From IMG/VR virus record IMGVR_UViG_3300022868_000009, positions 1 through 64,000 of that record: a stretch of 64,000 nt of DNA, one strand, 5' to 3'. The notes under the pieces were generated by a model. The model searched no databases and was not told where the DNA came from. It was given only the letters and a program-made list of their open reading frames with translations. Shown piece by piece: positions 9,798 through 19,823 of this stretch. Position 1 is the first letter of the stretch, and every line of letters begins with the position of its first letter. Made by a program: the position numbers and the translations under genes.

Positions 9798-11513
9798 TTA
9801 GAATTGAGTCTGTACTCCACCTTCATCACCGCCTTGTACTCCGCCTTCTTGTGAACCACCACCTTCACCAAAGTCACTATCGCCTTCACCACCTTCACCA
9901 AAGTCACTGCCTTCATCACCACCTTCTCCACCTGGAGCACCTCCACTATCTGGAGCACCACCGCCTTGACCTGGAGCCATTCCACCACCAGTCATTTTGT
10001 ATTTGTCGTTTTCAGCTATATCTTCATCTGTTAATTTCATAATATTTCTAACAATCCACTCAATATGTAAATAAGGATCGCCTTTTTCATCTTGTAGGTT
10101 ACCACTTAATGTAGCAGCAATATCAGATCTTTTTGCTAAATTATTTAAATATTTCCATTCTTCAAATAAATGATTTTTATTAAAAATAGATTTCAATGAA
10201 TAATGAAATAAATTATCATCTTTTAATTCAGGAAAATCTAAAATTGTTTGTATTTTTAAAGGTTTAATTATAACTTCTTTAAATAATGTTTGTAGTCTTC
10301 TTATATAATTTCCAAATTTAATTTCTTCTCTTGTCATTTCAGCACTATCACTATAAATATTACCTCCACCACTTTCTTCCTCAAATCTACTAAATGGAAT
10401 ATGAGTAGCTCTTTTAAGGTTTTTATAAAACCAATTTAACATAGAATCTTCATTTAAATCAGTACCTTGTGATTGCATTATTTCAATATCTGGTGTTCCT
10501 TCACCTGACTGTGGAAACCAAAAATCTTTACTATGAGGAATATCTGTAGAACCATTTATACTAACAGTACCCATTCTATCATCCCATTGAACATCTTCAT
10601 GGTATTCAGCCATCAATTGATAAACTTGTTGTTCAGCTTGTTGTCTTGTCAAACCTCCAACTGGAATTACAAATTTCTTATACATAGCAGCTTGATTAAT
10701 ATTATATAGTAATCTTGTTTGTTCAACTAATTTTAATTGATTATAAGGTCTAATTAAATTTTCTACATAAGATGTTTCAGCATACTCATTATTATTTGAA
10801 TAAGAAATATAAATTATTTGTGAATCTAATAAAACTCTTCTTTGTTGTGGGTTATCTGGATATTGAATCCATACAACTGTAGATGTTCCAGGATCAGTAG
10901 CAACTATCAAAGTCATTGGATCTAAGGGAACTAAATCAATTATACTTTTTTGTCTATTATCATACACTAATTCAAATGTAATATATCCATCAATTAATAA
11001 AGATTTAAAATATTGCCATGCAGTAATACCATCATTAAACCCAAAATTTATCATTAATTTTTTATAATTTTCTTGATATTTTTGTTTAATTGTATTATCA
11101 AATTCATCTGGTAAATCTTGCATTTTACAAAATTGATTATCATCATTATAAATAACAGCTTCATTTGCTATATCTTCTAAAAATCCTTTAATTTCATCTT
11201 TAATAGAATATTGTCTAAGAATTTTTCTTTTATCTTCATAAGATCTATCTAAATATGCAATATTCTTCCTATTTAATACCTTAGAGATGACCTTTTTTGT
11301 AAAAATATCATACATATTAGTTCCTGATTCAGCATTAGTTTGATTTGGATCTTCATGTATTCCAACTGCTACAGTATTCTTTAATACCATATCACCATAA
11401 TCCATTCCGAATGTACTAAGATTTCTTAATAATCTATTAAAAAATCCTTTGTTTTCAACTGTTCCACCTAGATCAGATGTAGTATTTTTTTGATAAGGGT
11501 TATATGTTGCCAC
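9798..11513 (-). CDS. gp20: Portal vertex protein (T4 gp20-like)
   Basis: YISY, ENLIRPYNQLKLVEQTRLLY, KKFVIPVGGL, KDFWFP...G..TPDIE, WFYKNLKRATHIPFSRF, ITREEIKF-like motif; G/E-rich tail. Confidence 0.9.
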   Translation of the reverse strand: MATYNPYQKNTTSDLGGTVENKGFFNRLLRNLSTFGMDYGDMVLKNTVAVGIHEDPNQTNAESGTNMYDIFTKKVISKVLNRKNIAYLDRSYEDKRKILRQYSIKDEIKGFLEDIANEAVIYNDDNQFCKMQDLPDEFDNTIKQKYQENYKKLMINFGFNDGITAWQYFKSLLIDGYITFELVYDNRQKSIIDLVPLDPMTLIVATDPGTSTVVWIQYPDNPQQRRVLLDSQIIYISYSNNNEYAETSYVENLIRPYNQLKLVEQTRLLYNINQAAMYKKFVIPVGGLTRQQAEQQVYQLMAEYHEDVQWDDRMGTVSINGSTDIPHSKDFWFPQSGEGTPDIEIMQSQGTDLNEDSMLNWFYKNLKRATHIPFSRFEEESGGGNIYSDSAEMTREEIKFGNYIRRLQTLFKEVIIKPLKIQTILDFPELKDDNLFHYSLKSIFNKNHLFEEWKYLNNLAKRSDIAATLSGNLQDEKGDPYLHIEWIVRNIMKLTDEDIAENDKYKMTGGGMAPGQGGGAPDSGGAPGGEGGDEGSDFGEGGEGDSDFGEGGGSQEGGVQGGDEGGVQTQF

Positions 11514-11534
11514 GAATAAAAAGTTATTTTTGAT

Positions 11535-11542
11535 TATATATT
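11535..11542 (-). promoter_or_regulatory. Putative late promoter AATATATA upstream of the portal gene
   Basis: Recurrent octamer; a second copy at 11601-11608 (+) serves the divergent gene. Confidence 0.55.
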
Positions 11543-11668
11543 AAAATAATAAGTCCTCCTTAAAAACATATTTTTTAGAAAAAAATGACTTTAAAACTTC
11601 AATATATAATTTTGAGTTGTACCATAGAATTTTAAAAGGTGCAACATATAAAAAATAAACTTAAAATT

Positions 11669-12955
11669 ATGAATATTAAGCTTGCACTATTTAACTTTAA
11701 AAATGAGTTAACTATCGACCAATTAGATGAAGCAAAAATTGCTCAATTACATCTAGAAAACTACGAAAATCTTAGTGAAAAAGAAATGTTTGAATCATTA
11801 AGAGGGCAGTTAAACGGTTTCACATATGAATCTAAAGTAGTATCATTCTTAGAATCAGTTAAAGATGAAATAGATTCTAAACCACTTATTTATGAATTAA
11901 AAGACCTTTATAAAAAAGTAGAAAGAAAAAATCTAGGTCTTATTTACAGACAACCTCTTGTAACTCTTCTTGAAATTATTAATAGACAAGATGACGAATC
12001 AAGAATGGATGGTGTTTTAAATGAACTTTCAATTTATGATTGGGTTCCTGAAATTAAAGCTTTTTTATTAAATCAAACTAAAAATCCAATGGAACATCAA
12101 AATCTTCAAAGAAATGGTAACGCTTCTAAGATTTACACATTGGTTGAAAAATGTAATGAAGGTAGTCTAGTATTTATTTCTGATAGATGGTTCTTAATTA
12201 ATGAATCAGAAATCAAACAAGTTTTATTAGATGATTATGTACAAGATATTGAAAAAATGAGAGAAGTTAGATTACTAGAACAAGTACTTGATACTGCAGA
12301 AATTCATGGTGATAGAATTGAATTCAAAATTGATGAACAATTATATATTGGAATTTCAACTAAAGATAAAAACATTATCTATATGAATGGTGAAAAACTT
12401 GATAAAGAAACTACATTAGAAAGCATTTTTAATTCACCAATTGTACCTTACTTAAAAAGAAATCAATACGTTCTTTTAGAAACTACTAGAAATAATTTAG
12501 ACAAATTAATGGATCTTGATATTGCAGTTAGAGTTGAAAACCCACTTAATCCATATTTAGAAGCTTACTGTTTCAATTATAAAGATAAAATGTATTTATA
12601 TTCAAGAGATATGAGAACTGGTTCTGCTTTCTTTCAATATGAAAATGCTTCTGAAATTATCAGAGATATTCAAAAAGAACTTGATTACGATTTAACTAAA
12701 TTTTTCGAAAATAAACTTTCAAAAGAACTTAAACATCTAAGAGCTTTAGAAGATAAAGAAAAATCAATTGAAATGAAACTTAAAGAAATTAGTGAATCTG
12801 TTGAATTACTTAAAGATTCTGATGTTTGGGAAGAAGAAGAAATACAACTAGTTTATAAAAACTTCATGACTCAAAAAAATACACTTCTTAAAAATTTCAA
12901 TTTAATTAAAAACGATAAAATTAAAGCTAGAAAATTAGTTATTAATGGACATTAA
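11669..12955 (+). CDS. Hypothetical protein (about 428 aa, coiled-coil C-terminus), possibly head-associated
   Basis: Long ORF divergent from the portal gene; ATG at 11669 preferred over GTG at 11639. Confidence 0.75.
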   Translation: MNIKLALFNFKNELTIDQLDEAKIAQLHLENYENLSEKEMFESLRGQLNGFTYESKVVSFLESVKDEIDSKPLIYELKDLYKKVERKNLGLIYRQPLVTLLEIINRQDDESRMDGVLNELSIYDWVPEIKAFLLNQTKNPMEHQNLQRNGNASKIYTLVEKCNEGSLVFISDRWFLINESEIKQVLLDDYVQDIEKMREVRLLEQVLDTAEIHGDRIEFKIDEQLYIGISTKDKNIIYMNGEKLDKETTLESIFNSPIVPYLKRNQYVLLETTRNNLDKLMDLDIAVRVENPLNPYLEAYCFNYKDKMYLYSRDMRTGSAFFQYENASEIIRDIQKELDYDLTKFFENKLSKELKHLRALEDKEKSIEMKLKEISESVELLKDSDVWEEEEIQLVYKNFMTQKNTLLKNFNLIKNDKIKARKLVINGH

Positions 12956-12960
12956 TAGAA

Positions 12961-13101
12961 ATGATTAAAGAAATAGGAGAAATGAAAGTTGCTAATATGT
13001 TAGCAAGTAAATTTTTAAAAGATTTTAATCCAGTAATTGATGAATATATAGTTCAATATATCGGAGCGGAAACAGAAGGTGAAAAAATGGGATTAATGTA
13101 A
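12961..13101 (+). CDS. 46-aa protein with C-terminal EGEKMGLM motif
   Basis: Manual translation MIKEIGEMKVANMLASKFLKDFNPVIDEYIVQYIGAETEGEKMGLM*; TAATG overlap with the next gene; below the ORF-track cutoff. Confidence 0.6.
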   Translation: MIKEIGEMKVANMLASKFLKDFNPVIDEYIVQYIGAETEGEKMGLM

Positions 13102-13586
13102 TGAAAAATCTAAAAACTTTTGAATCATATATAATAGACAAATATAAAGAACGGGGAGAAAATAGTGAAAAAGAACGTGAAATTCATGGAGAAATACAAA
13201 AACTTCAAAACAAAATCTACATTTTACAAAAAAAAGAAAGTGAATATGTTAGAAAAAATGATAAATCTAATTTTTTTTTAAATGAAGAATATTTTAAATT
13301 AAAAAATATCTTACCATTCGAAGATAATGGTCGATTTTTAATTTTCACATTCGATAAACTTTGTACAATAGAAAATAAATCATACCAAGATTTAAGAATA
13401 AAGAAAAACAACACAAAACGTCTTTCTAATTTTAGTTTAGGTATTTCTTCAAATAAAAGATCTGATACTCATGACCCAAGTACAGTTGTAACAGATTTCA
13501 AAGTTCAAAAACAATACAAAATATTAGATTGGATACATGTAAATTATCCAGAATATTTTCAAGCAAATAAATTAGGACTGTTATGA
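13101..13586 (+). CDS. Hypothetical protein, MKNLKTFE / QANKLGLL family
   Basis: 161-aa ORF carrying both terminal motifs. Confidence 0.8.
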   Translation: MKNLKTFESYIIDKYKERGENSEKEREIHGEIQKLQNKIYILQKKESEYVRKNDKSNFFLNEEYFKLKNILPFEDNGRFLIFTFDKLCTIENKSYQDLRIKKNNTKRLSNFSLGISSNKRSDTHDPSTVVTDFKVQKQYKILDWIHVNYPEYFQANKLGLL

Positions 13587-14086
13587 AATATTTAATAACA
13601 TATAATGAATTAACAGGTTCAGCTAGTTATCCATACGAATTAGTTAAAACAAAAAATATAATCTTAGATGATGATGAAACAGTAACAATGATAACATATA
13701 AATTTAAATCTAAAGGTGGTAATATATATACAAATATCCTTCAATTTAAAGGAGATGATAATCATATGTTTTCTGTAAATTTTCAAGATGAAGATAGTTA
13801 TTTTAAAGAACTTGATAAAGATGGTATTTATGATATTAATTATTTAAATACAAATAAAGGTGATGCTGTCATGATTATTTCTACTGTTTGTAATATTATT
13901 CAAGATTATTATGAAAAACATAAAGATCATCTATATTTATTTGGGTTTACTGTAACAGAACCTAAAAGATTAAATATATATAAATATTATCTTCAAAACA
14001 TGTTTCCTGAATGGAAATTAGAAGAAGAAGAAATTAAAGATAATATTCATCGTTTAACTTGTACTAAAGATATAATTTTCGATTAA
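13583..14086 (+). CDS. Hypothetical protein with MKYLITYNE N-terminus
   Basis: 167-aa ORF; weak similarity by eye to the C-terminal part of 28712-29359. Confidence 0.75.
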   Translation: MKYLITYNELTGSASYPYELVKTKNIILDDDETVTMITYKFKSKGGNIYTNILQFKGDDNHMFSVNFQDEDSYFKELDKDGIYDINYLNTNKGDAVMIISTVCNIIQDYYEKHKDHLYLFGFTVTEPKRLNIYKYYLQNMFPEWKLEEEEIKDNIHRLTCTKDIIFD

Positions 14087-14228
14087 CCAAAATTAAAATT
14101 ATTCATATTTTTAAACTTTTTAAATACTTAATTATAACTAATGTATAATAATATTTACAGGCTTTAAACTTATCTAATGTAATCTACTGAATCATAGGCT
14201 TTTCAACACCAAAAAATAATAATAAAAT

Positions 14229-14606
14229 ATGGCAAATTATTTAGAAGATGTTGATCTTTTATACGAAATTATTTTAAGTAAAGGAAAAGGAGATCTTACC
14301 AAAAAAGCAGAAATATATTTCATGCTTATAGCAGAACGAACAATACTAAAATTTCATAACAGATATAAAAACGAAGATGAAGAAATGGAATGTCTTCAGA
14401 CAGGATTACTTCAAATGTTTTCAAATTGGAGTAATTTCAATGAGAAAAAATTCTCAGTATCACTACCATATATGACAGAAATCTTCAAAAGAGGTGCAGC
14501 AGATGCATATAATACTATACGTAAAAAGAAATCGTATCATGACAGTGCTCCGAAGATGATTAGTATTGACTCTTCTAACGAAGGAAAAGGTTTACATAAT
14601 ATGTAA
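14229..14606 (+). CDS. gp55: Late-transcription sigma factor (T4 gp55-like)
   Basis: YLEDVDLLYEI...LIAE...EMECLQTGLLQMFSNWSNFNEKK...PYMTEIFKR matches the gp55 pattern (YV.N..L / IAE / EMI..G......NFD.EK...F.Y.T.I). Confidence 0.75.
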   Translation: MANYLEDVDLLYEIILSKGKGDLTKKAEIYFMLIAERTILKFHNRYKNEDEEMECLQTGLLQMFSNWSNFNEKKFSVSLPYMTEIFKRGAADAYNTIRKKKSYHDSAPKMISIDSSNEGKGLHNM

Positions 14607-14607
14607 T

Positions 14608-15156
14608 CTATTTAATATAACCTTTTTTAATCATATCATGTATATATTGTGAATGTTGTATATTTTTATTATTGGCATAACCAATAGTCATATGCATCCC
14701 CCAATAAGGTCTATCTAAATCAACTTCTGATCTAATTTCATCAAAAGTTGTTCTTTGTTCTGGAGTAACTCTTAACCACCAATGTTCACCATCAGTTTTT
14801 AAACCTAAATCTAAATAAACATCAACTTTTTTACCATTCCATTTTTTCTTTACCTCTTGCCATTTAGCCTCTTTTTGAACTTCAGTTCCTTTCCCCATAT
14901 CTTTGTAAGAATCATTTATAAAAGTAACATGAGCATTTCTCATTGGTTTATTTAATTCTAAATTATATCTTTTCTTTACAAACCACGAATAATATTCACA
15001 TAATTCACCCTCTAACATTACCATAGCAACTTTCTTCCAAATAGATTGTTGTTTTTGTTTTTCAGTTTTATCAACTGGATCAAACACAATTGTTCCTTGT
15101 ATTTTAATTTGTTCATTCATGTTTTCATTGATATAATCACTAAATAATGTAATCAT
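14608..15156 (-). CDS. 2H phosphoesterase (gp57B/Acb1-like fold)
   Basis: Two HxT motifs (AHVTF and MHMTI) about 80 aa apart. Confidence 0.7.
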   Translation of the reverse strand: MITLFSDYINENMNEQIKIQGTIVFDPVDKTEKQKQQSIWKKVAMVMLEGELCEYYSWFVKKRYNLELNKPMRNAHVTFINDSYKDMGKGTEVQKEAKWQEVKKKWNGKKVDVYLDLGLKTDGEHWWLRVTPEQRTTFDEIRSEVDLDRPYWGMHMTIGYANNKNIQHSQYIHDMIKKGYIK

Positions 15157-15210
15157 TGTTTATTTAATATTATTTTAATTATATATAAATTTTGTGAGTT
15201 GTAGTTTGTT

Positions 15211-15218
15211 AATATATA
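15211..15218 (+). promoter_or_regulatory. Putative late promoter AATATATA upstream of gp4
   Basis: Recurrent octamer about 20 nt upstream of the ATG. Confidence 0.55.
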
Positions 15219-15239
15219 AAATCACAACAAGAAAAAATT

Positions 15240-15764
15240 ATGGCAAAACCTAAATTCAATAAAACAAAGACAAATTATAGTAAAGGTTTATTCATTCCAG
15301 AAAATCCTTTAAAATATGTTGGAAATCCAGATGAAATTCTATATAGAAGTTCTTGGGAATTAAAATTTATGATCTATTGTGATAAAACTCCAAGAATTAA
15401 AAAATGGGCAAGTGAAAATGTTGGTATTCCTTATTATGATGAATTTGGAAAAATACATAGATATTTTCCTGATTTTTATATAGAAATAACATATAGTGAT
15501 GATTTAGAAAGAGAAGAGAGAGTTTTCATAGAAATAAAACCAGATAAAGAAATAATACCGGATTTTATAGATCCAGTAACTGGTCAACTTAAACCAATTA
15601 AAAGAAAAAAAACATTAAAATCAAATGAAACATACGAATATCAATTAAGAACATATGCTAAAAATAGAATGAAATGGGAATCTGCAAAAGAATGGTGTGA
15701 AAAAAGACATATGAAATTTTTTGTTATCGGTGAAAGTAAATTAAAAGAAAGTAAAATATTATAA
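15240..15764 (+). CDS. gp4: Head completion protein (T4 gp4-like, TnsA-type nuclease fold)
   Basis: YRSSWELKFM..CD....I.KWASE...IPY...G..HRYFPDFY, IEIKP, NRMKWESAKEWC. Confidence 0.85.
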   Translation: MAKPKFNKTKTNYSKGLFIPENPLKYVGNPDEILYRSSWELKFMIYCDKTPRIKKWASENVGIPYYDEFGKIHRYFPDFYIEITYSDDLEREERVFIEIKPDKEIIPDFIDPVTGQLKPIKRKKTLKSNETYEYQLRTYAKNRMKWESAKEWCEKRHMKFFVIGESKLKESKIL

Positions 15765-16474
15765 TGGAATTAAAAACTCATATCGCAAATAGAGTTAATA
15801 TGGATGGTGGTTCAGTAGATACGTACATTAAAAACTCAACCAATATTATTTTTGATTTAGTTAAAAATCCAGATAAAGAACTCGCGCTAATGAGTATTAA
15901 AACATTAAAACTCGGTAAATTTTATCTTATTAAATATAATTATAATGGTAATAAAATATGGTGTCCTATATTTACTCTAGAATATAAAGTAAATAAAAAT
16001 AAAAATTTATTATTCGCAATTAATATAGATTATTTACCATACAAATTTAGGATTTTATTTTTTAATATGTTGTTTAAACAATTCTCATTTTATATAGAAG
16101 AAAATGAAAAAATTCAAGATGTAAAGAATGAAAAACGATTCAAAGAAATTAAATTTGAGTATGTATATAAATTACTTGAAAGAGCAGGCGAACATCAATA
16201 TTGTATAACTGCATATGATATATTAAAAATAGATAATTTATATGCTGTATCTACAAACATTGCTCATAGATTTATAGTAATAAATACAAGTCTTGTAAAT
16301 CTTCAAAATATGTATAAAATGCATGATAAAATGGATAATAACAATTATAAGAAAGAAATTCTTAATATAATGAAAGAATACCAAAAATTACTTGAAGATT
16401 ATCAACAAGATTCTAAAGAATATTATCAGAGATTAAGGTCATTTGAAGATAAATTAAAAATAATTAAAAATTAA
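15764..16474 (+). CDS. gp2: DNA end protector protein (T4 gp2-like)
   Basis: LGKFYLIKY...FAINIDYLPYKFR motif; adjacent to gp4 as in T4. Confidence 0.6.
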   Translation: MELKTHIANRVNMDGGSVDTYIKNSTNIIFDLVKNPDKELALMSIKTLKLGKFYLIKYNYNGNKIWCPIFTLEYKVNKNKNLLFAINIDYLPYKFRILFFNMLFKQFSFYIEENEKIQDVKNEKRFKEIKFEYVYKLLERAGEHQYCITAYDILKIDNLYAVSTNIAHRFIVINTSLVNLQNMYKMHDKMDNNNYKKEILNIMKEYQKLLEDYQQDSKEYYQRLRSFEDKLKIIKN

Positions 16475-17376
16475 AAATTATACTTATTCCAAGTTCTTGG
16501 AGATGGATCTCCTGGTTTATACTTAGCAGCTTGACTATCTTTTTCATCAGTACTTAATTTATAAAAATACGTTTTCCAAAATACTTTCTGAATACCAGCT
16601 GAATCAACTTGTCCATAATTTTTAAGATATTTTTTTAATGTATCAAAATAATCTGTTGTAGGTTTCGGAACACCAAATCTATTCCAATCAAATTCATCAT
16701 CATTATCACAAACCTCTAAATCATCAACATTTATTTTAAATATTGGATAATAAGATTTAACATTAATACTAAACTTCATTACTTTTCTAGTATCACTACC
16801 CATATCTATTTCTCTAGGTATTTCAATACTTTGATCATCTGGTAATAATAATACTGCATCAATTTGCAAACCATAATAATCCATTCTAAAAAACATATAA
16901 TTAAATAATGTATCTAAGGTTCTTTGCCATGCCATATAAGCATCTCTTTCACTTGCAACACTAATTTCTATTTGATAATTAAGTTGTATTGGAACTGCTT
17001 TTACTTTTGAAATAATATTCCTAACTTCATCATTTATTTTTGTTTGTTGAGATAAATATTGATTTGGATTTGCAAATTCATTACTTATAGGTGTAGCAGA
17101 ATTAAAAGTCACCACTGCTCTTGGTATTTGATCAGTATTTAATTCAATTCTTTCACCTCTTATATCATCAACCCATGTATCTAAAACGAACCTTTCGTCA
17201 CCTGGTATTGTAAGATAGAAAGGACAAACCACTCGTCTTTTAAGTCCATTACCTTCAGGACCACCTTCAGCAAATCTGTTAATCCAACGTATATTTCTAG
17301 TTAATGTTCTACATAAAGAAACACCAATACCTCTAATCCAAACATCATCAAAATTATAAACATTATCTAATTCCAT
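16471..17376 (-). CDS. gp15: Tail sheath stabilizer / tail completion protein (T4 gp15-like)
   Basis: CPFY, IPRAVV, AVPIQLNYQIEI...DAYMAWQRTLDTLF pattern; AATATATA at 17399-17406. Confidence 0.6.
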   Translation of the reverse strand: MELDNVYNFDDVWIRGIGVSLCRTLTRNIRWINRFAEGGPEGNGLKRRVVCPFYLTIPGDERFVLDTWVDDIRGERIELNTDQIPRAVVTFNSATPISNEFANPNQYLSQQTKINDEVRNIISKVKAVPIQLNYQIEISVASERDAYMAWQRTLDTLFNYMFFRMDYYGLQIDAVLLLPDDQSIEIPREIDMGSDTRKVMKFSINVKSYYPIFKINVDDLEVCDNDDEFDWNRFGVPKPTTDYFDTLKKYLKNYGQVDSAGIQKVFWKTYFYKLSTDEKDSQAAKYKPGDPSPRTWNKYNF

Positions 17377-17561
17377 AAAAAATATTATTTTTCAATATTA
17401 TATATTAAAATCAACATTACTTAATTCAATTTTTATTTTCAAGATAAATTTTGTATATTTAACAAACTTTAAAACTAAAAATTACTATATATGATAGACA
17501 ATAAAAATTTCTTAATGGAAGACGAACCCGATTCGCATAAACAAATAGGAGGTAACGCATA

Positions 17562-18569
17562 ATGACCTACCTCATAATTACAGTATTAATACTATTTTCT
17601 GGACTTTTTTCCGGACTTACCCTTGGATTACTAAAACTCTCTAAATCAGAATTACAAAGAAAAATAAATATTGGTGATAAAAGAGCCAAAAATGTTTACT
17701 CAATTAGAAAAAATGGTAGCCTTTTACTAACAACATTACTACTTGGTAATGTATTAGTAAATTCTATATTATCTGTATTTTTAAGCTCAGTTGGAACTGG
17801 TATAATGGCTGTTATATTATCAACTGTATTAATTACAATTTTTGGAGAAATATTACCACAAGCCACAATATCTAGATACGCTCTTGGATTCGGTTCAAGG
17901 ACAGTTTGGCTCGTAAAATTTTTTATAGGTTTATTTTATATAGTTGCAAAACCAATTTCACTTGGTATTGATTTATTACTTGGTGAAGAAGGAAAACATA
18001 CCTTAAAAAAGAGAGAATTAGCTGAAATAGTAAAAGAACAAGAAGACAATCTTGAAAGCCCTATTGATGAAGATGAAGAAAGGATCATGTTAGGAGCATT
18101 ATCATTCTCAGATAAATGTGCAAAAAATATCATGACACCTAAATCAGTAGTATTCTCTTTAAAAGATGATAAAATATTAGATAAAAAAACACTTTTAAAA
18201 ATTAAAAATAAAGGATTTTCTAGAGTACCAATTTATTCTAATAATAATGACCACGTAACATCAGTATTATACGCTAAAAATTTAATTGATATTGATAATA
18301 ATTCAAAAAAGAAAATTAATGATTTATCTACTAATTCATTACTTAGAGTTGACGAATCAATAAAATTAGACAAACTTTTTAATGTTTTTATTAAAAGAAA
18401 AAAACATATCGCAATAATATATGATGAATATGGTACGTATAGTGGTATTGTAACATTGGAAGATATTGTAGAAGAAATATTGTGTGTTGAAATTGTTGAT
18501 GAACAAGATACAATAGAAAATATGCAAAAACACGCCAAAGATAAAATTGGTGCAGAACTCATTAAATAA
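17562..18569 (+). CDS. CNNM (DUF21) plus CBS-domain membrane protein (CorC/HlyC-like)
   Basis: SGLFSGLTLGLL, LLTTLLLGNVLVN, IFGEILPQ, IMTP, FSRVPIY, DEYG...GIVTLEDIVEEI. Confidence 0.9.
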   Translation: MTYLIITVLILFSGLFSGLTLGLLKLSKSELQRKINIGDKRAKNVYSIRKNGSLLLTTLLLGNVLVNSILSVFLSSVGTGIMAVILSTVLITIFGEILPQATISRYALGFGSRTVWLVKFFIGLFYIVAKPISLGIDLLLGEEGKHTLKKRELAEIVKEQEDNLESPIDEDEERIMLGALSFSDKCAKNIMTPKSVVFSLKDDKILDKKTLLKIKNKGFSRVPIYSNNNDHVTSVLYAKNLIDIDNNSKKKINDLSTNSLLRVDESIKLDKLFNVFIKRKKHIAIIYDEYGTYSGIVTLEDIVEEILCVEIVDEQDTIENMQKHAKDKIGAELIK

Positions 18570-18587
18570 TAAAATATTTTAAAAATG

Positions 18588-18615
18588 AAAAACCCCGTTT
18601 TAAACGGGGTTTTTT
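18588..18615. terminator. Bidirectional terminator
   Basis: aaaaaccccgttt-t-aaacggggttttt between convergent genes. Confidence 0.8.
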
Positions 18616-18616
18616 G

Positions 18617-19012
18617 TTACTTAATTTCAATTAATTTTGGTTTCTTTTCAGGTAATTGTAATTTAGATAATTCAATTTTAAGAATACCATCTTCACATTT
18701 TGCTATTATTTTTTCTTCATCTATTTCATCTGGTATAGTAAATGATCTAACAAATGATTTTTGTGAAAATTCTTTTCTAGTGAATTTTCTATTTTCTAAA
18801 GAATCTTCTACTTTACCTTTTATTGTTAAAATACCATCTTGAATATCAATTTTAATATCTTCTTTTTTAAATCCTGGTAACATAACTTCTATTAAATAAC
18901 CATCTTCTTTTTCTTCAATATTTGTTGAAGCTAATGGATCTCTTTGATATCCACCAATTCCAAAAAATTCTTTTGCAAATTCGTCAAAAGGACTTCTACA
19001 TTGTATTAACAT
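18617..19012 (-). CDS. Hsp20/alpha-crystallin small heat shock protein
   Basis: TNIEEKEDGYLIEVMLPGFKKEDIKI, FVRSFTIP, AKCEDGILKIEL. Confidence 0.9.
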   Translation of the reverse strand: MLIQCRSPFDEFAKEFFGIGGYQRDPLASTNIEEKEDGYLIEVMLPGFKKEDIKIDIQDGILTIKGKVEDSLENRKFTRKEFSQKSFVRSFTIPDEIDEEKIIAKCEDGILKIELSKLQLPEKKPKLIEIK

Positions 19013-19277
19013 AATTTTATAATTTATTTTTGAATGTCTATGACATTATAAATAATTTATATTCAATATCTATACCAAAAAAATATATCGGACATTTTGT
19101 CAGGTTTTTGTAAGGTTTTTGTAAGGTAAATTCTGATAGAAGATGTTAGATTTATTTTCAAGTTTATAAACAAATATTGTAATAAATTCAATAAACGAAA
19201 AGTCTATCTAAATAAAACTAGAGGCACACAACAACCATTCCTGACTAGTCCAGCAGGTATATACGCTACTACAATGT

Positions 19278-19823
19278 TTATCTGAATGTTTTTTTATAAA
19301 CATTTTTAATTGCAGATATTCCATTCTCATTTATTTTACGAGTTCCAATACCAGCAAAATCAGTTGTCAATACAGGAGTTACAGAATACTCAAAAATACC
19401 CTTATCAAAATTAAAATAAAACCACTTATTCTTATTTTGATCAAATACATAAACAGGTTTATTACAATCTATAGCCATCTGAACAGCCCATCCTGTCCCA
19501 CCATTGACTTCACATTTTGTTTTCAAAATACCAATAGCAAAAATACATTCAGAATTTTTAACTTGTAACCAATTACGAGATAACAAATACATATATCTTT
19601 CTGGTTGTCTTTTAAATGTTTTGTTTGCTAAATATACTTTTTCTTTACCTTCTTCGAATTCATCTTCAGTTAATTCATCTTCAGGTTTAGAAGCAGGATT
19701 AGGTGATTGATACCAGTAATGATGACTAATTACTCCATACTCTTCACCCAAAGAACCCCAATATGTGTCAGCACCAATAGCGCCACCACTATGGTTATTG
19801 TATATTAATTTTTCGTTTTTCAT
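19278..19823 (-). CDS. SLOG-superfamily protein
   Basis: HSGGAIGAD, RN..QV, GGTGWAVQMA, KPVYVF, FAGIGTR. Confidence 0.7.
   Translation of the reverse strand: MKNEKLIYNNHSGGAIGADTYWGSLGEEYGVISHHYWYQSPNPASKPEDELTEDEFEEGKEKVYLANKTFKRQPERYMYLLSRNWLQVKNSECIFAIGILKTKCEVNGGTGWAVQMAIDCNKPVYVFDQNKNKWFYFNFDKGIFEYSVTPVLTTDFAGIGTRKINENGISAIKNVYKKTFR

Noticed and set aside
9749-10042. ORFs 9749-9988 (-) and 9851-10042 (+)
   Set aside because: Alternative frames over the low-complexity G/E-rich portal tail
19095-19275. Short tandem repeat (aggtttttgta x2) and a GC-richer hairpin (cctgactagtccagcagg) upstream of Hsp20
   Set aside because: No CIRCE or recognisable riboswitch/ribozyme consensus; too little evidence to call
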